Positions 1 through 7,202 of a stretch of 18,856 nt of DNA are shown one piece after another (positions within the stretch are counted from its first letter, which is position 1; each line of letters opens with the position of its first letter). Below the pieces are notes generated by a model. It saw only the letters and a list, made by a program, of their open reading frames with translations, was not told the origin of the DNA and did no database searches. The translations under genes and the position numbers were made by a program. Origin of the DNA: an uncultured Gemmatimonadales bacterium (GTDB lineage Bacteria; Gemmatimonadota; Gemmatimonadetes; Gemmatimonadales; Gemmatimonadaceae); assembly GCA_963793305.1 (NCBI GenBank), contig CAWBZV010000008.1:1-18856 (forward strand), in the 5' to 3' direction.

Positions 1-298
1 CAACTGATGCTGTTCAGTGACCGCACCAGCACGCACTATCTGCGCAGCAATCAACTGCGGCTGTACTTCTCTTCGATCGCTTACGTGTTGTTGCAGATGC
101 TGCGGCGCCTGGGACTCGAGGGCACGGAGTTGGCCAAGGCCCAATGCGTCACCATTCGGCTCAAGTTGCTAAAGATCGGCGCACTGATTTGCATTACAGT
201 GCGCAAGGTGTTGGATTTCGCTGGCGGGTGGGTACCCCTACGTCGCGCTGTTCCGGCAAATCCATGAAAAGTTGTGCGCCGCCCCGGTAAAGTATTGA
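1..298 (+). CDS. IS1380-family transposase, C-terminal fragment (one +1 frameshift at ~211)
   Basis: LFSDRTSTHYLRSNQLRLYFSSIAYVLLQMLRRLGL...TIRLKLLKIGA matches the typical IS1380 transposase C-terminus. Removing one T at 211 continues VWISLAGGYPYVALFRQIHEKL...KY to TGA at 296-298. Confidence 0.85.
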
Positions 299-498
299 AA
301 AACAACGACCCCGAACAACTTTTTTCTCGCTTATGTCCCGGATGGTAAGCTGTGCCCCGGAACAGCCTCACAGAGAGAAAAATCTCTCACGCCCAGGGAA
401 AACGAATCAACTAAACAACCTCAGCTCGCGAAACTATCTCACAACTTCCAATTCGAACAACATTCATTCCTCTTCTGCCAAGCTGTGAGAGGTTGCGG
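1..498 (+). mobile_element. IS1380-family insertion sequence, right part (left part outside window)
   Basis: Transposase C-terminus, a ~200 bp non-coding tail, then an IS1380-like end GTGAGAGGTTGCGG (485-498) directly followed by CTAG (499-502). The host kinase sequence on the minus strand stops exactly at this point. Confidence 0.75.
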
Positions 499-962
499 CT
501 AGGGCCAGCATTTTAGCTGTTCGTTCTTCCGATCGCGCCATCTCCCGAGTGCGATCGGTCATTTCGCCGACGAGTTTTTGCGCCAGGTTCGGCGCGCGAT
601 AAACCAGTTCGCGCAGTTCTGTCGCGGGCATGACGCGCGATGCGCGTTCGGCCGACGGCAGTGCCTCGGCCACCTATGACTTTCATGCGCGAGAACGGAA
701 GCACGCCGGTGGGTTGCCCTGCCGTTCGAACAAACACCGGCGCGTACGGATCGGCAGGCCGACGGAAATGAAGCTCTCCTTCGAGAATAACTATGAAATC
801 TTTCGCCGGGGAACCTTCGTGAACGATGATTTCGCCTGATTCGTAGCAACGCACTTCGAAGTGCTCTGCGAGCCATTCGAGCGCAGCGCGATCGTCATCG
901 GCAAAGAGCGGAATCTGCGCGAGTTCGTCCGGCGTCAGTCGGTCGCAGGAATCGAGTGTCAC
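499..962 (-). pseudogene. cNMP-binding-like domain sensor histidine kinase, N-terminal part, interrupted by the IS1380 element
   Basis: GTG start at 962 after an AAGGAGG RBS. cNMP-fold sequence LAQIPLFA...GEIIVHEGSPAKDFIVILEGELH. One frameshift at ~635 joins it to VMPATELRELVYRAPNLAQKLVGEMTDRTRE...EERTAKMLAL, the helix that precedes the 'GxLxAGLAHELNNP' H-box in this kinase family. The H-box is replaced by IS sequence. Confidence 0.75.
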
Positions 963-975
963 GATACAGACCTCC

Positions 976-2640
976 TTAGCGATTCGCCAGGTACTGGTTG
1001 ACGAAATACAAAACGATGGAGCCTTCTCCAACGCTGTTGGCCACGCGGCGTACGGCACCATTGCGCACGTCGCCGACGGCGAACACGCCGGGAACATTGG
1101 TTTCCAGCAAGGCAGGATCGCGTTCCAGCGTCCAGCCGGGAGGGCGCTTGCCGTCGCGCAAAAGATTCGCGCCAGTGAGAAGAAAGCCCTTGGCGTCGCG
1201 ACAGAGCGTCCCTTCTAGCCATTCGGTCCGGGGCTCGGCACCGATGAAGATAAACAGCGCACCCGCTTCTCGCTGTTCGGTGGTTTTCGTGTCATGGTGA
1301 CGGATCGTGAGCCCAGTGAGGCGGTCTTCGCCATGAACTTCGATGACTTCTGTGTTCGGTTCGATCTTGATATTGGGGATGGTCTGGATGCGTTCGACCA
1401 GGTAGTGAGACATCGATCGAGACAGTGACTCCGCGCGCACCAGCATGGTGACGGACCGCGAGCATTGGGAAAAATGTACTGCGGCCTGGCCCGCGGAATT
1501 TGCCCCGCCGACGATGTAGACGTCTTCATCTTTACAGGAGGAGGCTTCGGTGTTGGCCGCTCCGTAATAGACGCCCGCGCCGGTAAGACGGTCCATGCCG
1601 GGAATGTCCAGAGCGACGCCATTGCACGCCAGAAGCGATGACCACGCTGTGGCCGACTAATTCCTGGCCCGTCGACAGTTTGACGACGCGATATTCACCC
1701 TGCACGGAGAGAGATTCGGCTTGGACGGGAGCGAGAACTTCTGTGCCAAAACGTTTGACCTGGCGTTACGCCGCGGCGCGCCAGGTCTGCTCCACTCAGA
1801 CCGGTGGGAAAACCGAGATAATTCTCGATGCGGGAACTGAGGCCCGCTTGCCCACCGGCCGCTTCGCGCTCGACCAGAATCGTGCGCAGGCCCTCGGTGC
1901 TGCAATAGAGGGCACACGCAAGACCGGCAGGTCCGGCACCAATAATAATGACGTCGTAAAAATCGCGCGTGGGCGCAGTCGTGAGGCCGAGCTTGGCGGC
2001 AACATCCGGCAAGGCTGGCTTTTGCAGGACAGAACCGTCGGGAAAGATGATAACGGGCAGAATCGTGGGAGAATCGCCGACCGCGGCACTGATACGCGGA
2101 TCGGAAGTCGAGCCCGGTTCGATCCAGCGATAGGGAATCTGGCTCTTGGCCAGAAAATCTTTTAGCTCATGCGTGCTGGGAGACCAGCGCGTACCGACGA
2201 CGTAGATCCCTTCGAAGGATTCGCGGCTGGTGGCATTCCAATCTTCAAGCAAGTCCGAAAGAATTGGATAGAGATTTTGCTCCGGCGGTTCCCACGGCTT
2301 CATGAGGTAGTGATTCAACTTCACTTTATTGATGGCATCGATGGCGGCGCTGGAATCGGCATAGGCCGTGAGCAAAACGCGGCGCGCATCAGGCTGCAGT
2401 GGCAAGAGCGTTCATGAGGAATTCTGTACCACTGATGTGAGGCATGCGCTGGTCCACCAGAAACAAGGCGATGCGATCGCCGCGACTGGTGAGCTGCTGG
2501 ACGAAGGTCATCGCTTTATCGGGAGCATCGGCGGCAAGAATGCGGTAGTCGGAAGAGAATTTGGACTTTAGGTCTCTTTCCACCGCTCGAAGTACCGCGG
2601 GGTCGTCGTCCAGCGCAAGGATAAAAGGCTTTTTGGTCAT
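976..2640 (-). CDS. Response-regulator receiver + glutaredoxin-like + thioredoxin-reductase-like FAD-dependent oxidoreductase (~553 aa after correcting +1 frameshifts at ~2403, ~1762, ~1612)
   Basis: REC motifs ILALDDDP, LFLVDQRMP, LLTAY, YLMKPW. TrxB-like motifs IIIGAGPAG, GGQAGLSSRIENYLGFPTGLSGADL, YIVGGANSAGQAA, FIFIGAEP, ETNVPGVFAVGDVR, VANSVGEG. Four frame segments join into one colinear protein. Confidence 0.85.
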
Positions 2641-2735
2641 GGAGAAGAATCCCCGCATGCAGGCACGTTCGAGGCGCCGCGCGTAAGAGTGATTTTTCTT
2701 GGATGCGACGAAGCGACGACCGCGATACGTTTATT

Positions 2736-2761
2736 AAAAAATCGGCGACGACATCGCGCCG
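2736..2761 (-). terminator. Probable intrinsic terminator downstream of actP
   Basis: Minus strand reads CGGCGCGATGTCGTCGCCG (GC stem with one bulge) followed by ATTTTTT, about 30 nt after the actP stop. Confidence 0.6.
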
Positions 2762-2789
2762 CCCCGGCTAGGATATCCTTGCGAAAGAC

Positions 2790-4395
2790 TCAGTGGCTGG
2801 TGGCCTTTTCGGCGCCGAGCCCCGTGTTGGAGCGGACCAGCAGTTCGTTGAATTTATGCGTAGAGGACGGTTCGTGGCTGAGCAATGTCCCAAGGATCGC
2901 ACCGAGAAAACCCAGTGGAATACTAAGAATGCCGGGATTCTCCAGCGGGAACCACGGTTTGGCCTGGAACAGGTGCCGCGCGGCACCCGTCGCCGTTGGT
3001 GGATCGATGCCCATTAAGCTCGGACCTACCAGGATCAGTCCAATAGACGCGATAAGACCAACCGCAAGGCCTGCCACGGCGCCGGTCGTGTTGAAGCGCC
3101 GCCAAAAGATGGAAAAGACGATGACCGGCAAATTAGCGGAAGCGGCGACGGCAAATGCAAGTGCCACAAGGAAGGCAACATTGGCGGTAGGGCCAAGCAG
3201 AATGGCAATAGTGATTGCAGCCCCACCGACCACGAAAGCGGAGATTCGAGCGACGCGCACTTCTTCGCCCGGTTTGCGCTCCGTACCCTTGTGAATCACG
3301 TTGGTCCAAAAATCATGGGCGAAGGAAGTGGTTGCGCTGATAGTGAGCCCTGCGACGACGGCGAGAATGGTGGCGAAAGCAATCGCGCAAATGAAGGCAA
3401 AGAAAATGTCTCCCGCGAGCGCCTGAGCAAGAAGTGGCGCGCTCATGTTGGTGCCACCGTTCTTCCCGATGAAGTCGCGCCCAACGATAGTGGCCGCGCC
3501 GAAGCCGAGAAAGGTGGTCATGATGTAGAAAGTACCGATGAGCGCCATGGCCCAGACGACGCTGTGCCGAGCAGTTTTGGCATCCGGGACGGTGTAGAAA
3601 CGGACGAGAATGTGCGGCAGACCGGCAGTGCCAAAGATGAGCGCGAGACCGAGAGAAATGAGCTCGAGCGGACCATAAGGGGGCTTGTAGCGAAGTCCTG
3701 GCTGCAAGAAGTCCTTTCACTAGTTCCTGCCCCTTGTCGTGATAAGTGACGTGGCCGATGGCGCCAAAGAATTCGCCGAAACTGAAGTGGAAGTGAGACA
3801 TCACCAAGATGCTGAGCAGAAAAGTGCCTGCCATCAGGAGAATAGCCTTGATGATCTGTACCCAAGTGGTGGCTAGCATACCTCCAAAGACTACGTAGAC
3901 GATCATCAGGAGGCCAACGCCGATCACCGCTTGGTTGTAACCAATACCCGAGCCCTTCAGGAGCAGTGCGACCAAGGCGCCCGCACCCACCATCTGGGCA
4001 ATCATGTAAAAAGTGCTGACCGTGAGCGTGCTGAGCGCGGCCATGGCGCGGACTGGTCGGGGCTTCATTCGATAGGCCAGCACGTCCGCCATGGTGTATT
4101 TACCGGCATTGCGCAGAGGCTCAGCGATAACCAAAAGCACAGTGAGGTAGGCCACCAACCAGCCTACTGAGAACATGAATCCGTCATACCCTTGAAAAGC
4201 GATGATGCCCGCGATGCCGAGGAACGAGGCCGCGCTCATGTAATCCCCAGCAACGGCGACGCCATTTTGCCAGCTCTTTATTTGGCGGCCAGCAGCGAAA
4301 TAGGCGCTGGCGCCCGCAGAGCGCTTCGAAGCCCAGTACGTGATTGCCAGGGTGATAGCAATAAAAATTAAAAACATTATGAGAGGGGCAGACAT
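2790..4395 (-). CDS. actP: Cation/acetate (monocarboxylate) symporter, SSS family (~534 aa after correcting one +1 frameshift at ~3715)
   Basis: Motifs [121 protein letters not shown]. ORFs 3313-4395 and 2790-3707 join at GTGAAAGGAC (extra A). Confidence 0.9.
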
Positions 4396-4398
4396 GGT

Positions 4399-4749
4399 CT
4401 ACTTGTCTCCTTTGGCGCGCTCGGGATCCAGTGCTTTGCCAATGATGTCCTTGGAGATGCGGTCGAAGTCGTCTCCTGCCTTAACGTAGAGCCCAGCGAT
4501 GGTCCATGCCATGAAGAATTGAGACAGAGCAAACAGATAAGCGAGATTGACGTTGCCCCAAACCTTGATGGACATGAATTGCGGGGCATAACCGACCAGG
4601 ATGGGGAGCAAAAAGTAATAGACCAGGAAGAAAACGAAGGCTGGAATGATGAAGATCTTCTTCGTGGCCATGAGATCACGGAATTCCTCGCTTTCCGCTA
4701 CACGATCCCACATAGTTTGGCCATTGTCAGGCTTGACTGCGTCTGGCAT
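4399..4749 (-). CDS. DUF485 family inner-membrane protein (YjcH-like), usual partner of ActP
   Basis: 116 aa with two hydrophobic helices, 'SEEFRDLM...FFLVYYFLLPILVGYAP...ALSQFFMAWTIAGLYV...FD'. It ends 3 nt upstream of the actP start, and the actP RBS (AAGGAG) lies within its 3' end. Confidence 0.85.
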   Translation of the reverse strand: MPDAVKPDNGQTMWDRVAESEEFRDLMATKKIFIIPAFVFFLVYYFLLPILVGYAPQFMSIKVWGNVNLAYLFALSQFFMAWTIAGLYVKAGDDFDRISKDIIGKALDPERAKGDK

Positions 4750-4837
4750 GGGAACCCCCTGTCTGCAAAGTCGTGACTTGAATGGTTCGGTTTAGTGGAG
4801 CACCTGGAAATCGAACCGAGCGCATCCTACAACGAGA

Positions 4838-4864
4838 GCCGCGGGGTCGTATACAACCTCGGGC
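4838..4864. promoter_or_regulatory. Imperfect palindrome centred on GTATAC, candidate GntR/FadR-type operator upstream of yjcH-actP
   Basis: GGGGTCGTA-TACAACCTC pairs at 7 of 9 positions. The core GTCGTATACAAC resembles the TTGTATACAA-type GntR/FadR boxes. Confidence 0.35.
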
Positions 4865-4869
4865 GGGAT

Positions 4870-6282
4870 TGTCGCTGCAAAGTGAGAATGTCCGGTTTGT
4901 GCAAAGTAGAAATGTCCGCTTCCATGGTTGGCCGAGGGCCCTATGGAAACGGAGCGAATCACTTTGAGCCAACGGGAACGGGACCGATTGAAAGTGTTGC
5001 ACGAGGTACAGCAGAAGCATCTTTCGCAGGTAAAAGCAGCTGAGCGGCTCAAGGTAACCGACCGCCAGGTGCGGCGGATGTTGCTCCGGATTCGCGAGCG
5101 CGGTGATGGTGCCCTGGTTCACGGGCTGCGAGGCCGGCCATCGAACCGCAAGCTGGCGGCCCGCTTGGAGCAAAAGATTTTGGCTCGTCTGCGCCAGCGT
5201 TATGCGGATTTCGGACCCACGCTAGCCGCCGAACACCTGGCCCAGGAGGGTTTTCCGGTGAGCCGGGAGACGTTGCGGAAATGGATGACCCAGGCAGCCT
5301 TGTGGCGTCCACGCTCCCAGCACGTGAAGGCCGTGCATGTGTGGCGCGAGCGCAGAGCCTGTTTCGGGGAACTGGTGATGCAGGACAGCTCTCCGTTCCG
5401 CTGGCTGGAAGATCGCGGTCCGGCTTGCCATCTGATCGCCCTGATCGATGACGCCACCAGTCGCATCTGGGGACGGTTCACCGAGCACGACACCACGGAA
5501 GAGAACCTGCGAACCCTGGAGGGATGGTTACGGCGCTATGGACGTCCCTTGGCCCATTACACCGATAAAGCCAGCATTTTTCGGAAGGTCGGCCCGCAGC
5601 CACTTCCCGAACAACTCCGGGGAGATCCGCTGCGAACGCAGTTTGGGCGAGCTTTGCACGAAATGGGGATCGAATGGATCGCGGCCCATAGTCCGCAAGC
5701 GAAAGGGAGAATCGAGAGGCTGTTTGAAACTCTTCAGGATCGTCTGGTGAAGGAGATGCGCTTGGCGGGAATCGACAACATCCAAGCAGCGCATCACTTT
5801 TTGGAGATGCGCTTTCTTCCCGAGTGGGAGCAGCGTTTTACCGTAGCGCCGCGGAATGCACGCAATGCCCATCGACGGCTGGGGTGCGAACAGCACCTGG
5901 AAGAAATCTTGAGTGTACGCGTGGACCGCAAAGTGGCTCAGGACCACACCGTAAGCTGGGACGGAAATCGCTGGGGGGTACTGCGGGAAGAAGTTTGTGC
6001 GGGGCTTCGTGGAGCGGCGGTGGAGATCGAACGGCGCTTGGACGGAAGCCACTGGTTGCGCTACCGAGGGCGCTATCTGCACCTGCGCTCCTGCCCAGAA
6101 CCCGCGCCAATGTCCGCAAGTCCTTCCGGCCTACGGCCTCCAGGACTTGCGGAACGAATACCAAGACCCAAAAACACAAGCAAACCTAAATACCATGTGC
6201 CTGCGGGTCACCCTTGGAGAAGACCTTGGAAGCGGACATTTCTATCTGGCGGAAACCCGGACATTTCTACTTTGCGTTGACA
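4870..6282 (+). mobile_element. Complete IS1202-family (ISNCY/IS481-like DDE) insertion sequence, 1413 bp
   Basis: Ends are TGT...ACA. Left end TGTCGCTGCAAAGTGAGAATGTCCGGTTTGTGCAAAGTAGAAATGTCCGCTTCCATGGT; reverse complement of right end TGTCAACGCAAAGTAGAAATGTCCGGGTTTCCGCCAGATAGAAATGTCCGCTTCCAAGGT. Each end has two tandem copies of a ~17 bp motif. Confidence 0.88.
4943..6280 (+). CDS. DDE transposase (ISNCY/IS1202 type) with N-terminal HTH
   Basis: Intact ORF. HTH 'SQVKAAERLKVTDRQVRR', 'HGLRGRPSN', 'YADFGPTLAAEHL', and integrase-core motifs GELVMQDSS, LIALIDDATSR, YTDKASIF, SPQAKGRIERLFETLQDRL. Start is ATG at 4943 or TTG at 4928; the stop lies inside the right IR. Confidence 0.92.
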   Translation: METERITLSQRERDRLKVLHEVQQKHLSQVKAAERLKVTDRQVRRMLLRIRERGDGALVHGLRGRPSNRKLAARLEQKILARLRQRYADFGPTLAAEHLAQEGFPVSRETLRKWMTQAALWRPRSQHVKAVHVWRERRACFGELVMQDSSPFRWLEDRGPACHLIALIDDATSRIWGRFTEHDTTEENLRTLEGWLRRYGRPLAHYTDKASIFRKVGPQPLPEQLRGDPLRTQFGRALHEMGIEWIAAHSPQAKGRIERLFETLQDRLVKEMRLAGIDNIQAAHHFLEMRFLPEWEQRFTVAPRNARNAHRRLGCEQHLEEILSVRVDRKVAQDHTVSWDGNRWGVLREEVCAGLRGAAVEIERRLDGSHWLRYRGRYLHLRSCPEPAPMSASPSGLRPPGLAERIPRPKNTSKPKYHVPAGHPWRRPWKRTFLSGGNPDISTLR

Positions 6283-6294
6283 CAAGGGTCGTCC

Positions 6295-6717
6295 TTAATT
6301 GGCTAGCTTCACCTTAACTAGCTTGCGGATTGCGCCCAGGTCTTTCCGTTCCTTGACCGCCATACGCACTCCCGTTCCCTCCGGGTACCGTGGCGCCTCC
6401 GCGATCGTTTTCAGAACACTCTTTGAAAGGTTGGCTTGCCGCGCCGCCTTCACCGCCCTATCGCCCAGAATCAAAACTGCCAGAAAGCGATCTCGACCGG
6501 GTGATAGATGAACGATCGTCCTTTTCTTTTGCTTTAGTTTCAACGACCACCCGTATTTCGCTGAGTAGGACTTCCATTCCTGCAGCCCGACTCCATATTT
6601 GTCTGCCAGTTCTTCCAACAATTGCTTCCATGCCTCCGCGCTCACTCCCAGCGCCGCCACAATCTGTTCTTCCGAGGGCTTTTCCTTCTGACCGATAAAT
6701 GCGTTCTGGAAATCCAT
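6295..6717 (-). CDS. DUF3788-like protein
   Basis: 140 aa with a strong RBS (GAAGGAGG). Pattern 'EWKSYSAKYGWSLKLKQKKRTIVHLSP...AVLILG...APRYPEGTGVR...KLVKVKL' recalls DUF3788 proteins. Confidence 0.7.
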   Translation of the reverse strand: MDFQNAFIGQKEKPSEEQIVAALGVSAEAWKQLLEELADKYGVGLQEWKSYSAKYGWSLKLKQKKRTIVHLSPGRDRFLAVLILGDRAVKAARQANLSKSVLKTIAEAPRYPEGTGVRMAVKERKDLGAIRKLVKVKLAN

Positions 6718-6858
6718 CGCGTTCCTCCTTCACCACTGGCGTCCCTCCTACAATTTCGCCGCCGTTGGCGACTGGGCGCAAGTCTGACGCGAACTGCCGC
6801 ACTTCTCGCAGTGATCGGCAGGCCACCAAAACACGACGTCATCCGCAGAATGTCGGCG

Positions 6859-6905
6859 AAAACGACCGGGTTTTGCGTCCGATATCAGAAAGGACAGAAC
6901 CCGGT
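6859..6905 (-). terminator. Hairpin downstream of the CBM-like gene, possible terminator
   Basis: Arms ACCGGGTTTTGCGTCC (6865-6880) and GGACAGAACCCGGT (6892-6905). On the minus strand the hairpin is followed by CGTTTT, a weak U-tract. Confidence 0.35.
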
Positions 6906-6929
6906 AATATTCTCGTCTCTGGTTTTTGC

Positions 6930-7202
6930 CTATTGTGGAGTTAGTGTGAGGTCATCAAACGAAACTGAGTAGCCGATGGAATTCCAGTATTTGCCCACGA
7001 CGGTGAACTTAAACGCATAGTTCCCCGCCTGCGGAAACGTGAACGAACCATAATCCACCGTTCCGTATCCCTCCGTGGCTAAATACTGGTCCAGCGGTGC
7101 TCCCACATTCGTTCCGTTTATCGTGAGCTGCGAGATCCCGCGCGTGTTGAATTCTTTATAAGACAGTTTGACGTCATACGTCCCGGCCGTCGCCACATTC
7201 AT
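6930..7202 (-). CDS. C-terminal carbohydrate-binding (CBM6/CBM35-like beta-sandwich) domain of a larger protein, 5' part missing at the junction
   Basis: NVATAGTYDVKLSYKEFNTRGISQLTINGTNVGAPLDQY...DYGSFTFPQAGNYAFKFTVVGK...SVSFDDLTLTPQ* is beta-rich with the 'V..AGTY.V' and terminal 'FD.L.L' CBM pattern. Upstream codons (AARPRRS) are the antisense of another gene. Confidence 0.55.
   Translation of the reverse strand: MNVATAGTYDVKLSYKEFNTRGISQLTINGTNVGAPLDQYLATEGYGTVDYGSFTFPQAGNYAFKFTVVGKYWNSIGYSVSFDDLTLTPQ

Noticed and set aside
976..2640. Programmed frameshifting or true pseudogene status for the REC-TrxB gene and actP
   Set aside because: No slippery heptamers are present at the shift sites, and the same error type hits the essential fabD and fabH genes.
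4838..4869. Possible dif/XerCD site next to the IS1202-type element
   Set aside because: Only a TGTATA core is present on the minus strand; there is no XerD arm (TTATGTTAAAT-like) or XerC arm.
4878..4920. Tandem ~17-bp repeats as a mini-CRISPR or iterons
   Set aside because: There are only two copies, mirrored at the other IS end; they are transposase-binding repeats within the IRs.
6277..6310. Outward TTGACA at the IS right end as a hybrid promoter
   Set aside because: There is no -10 hexamer at 16-18 bp spacing, and it would point antisense into the DUF3788-like gene.
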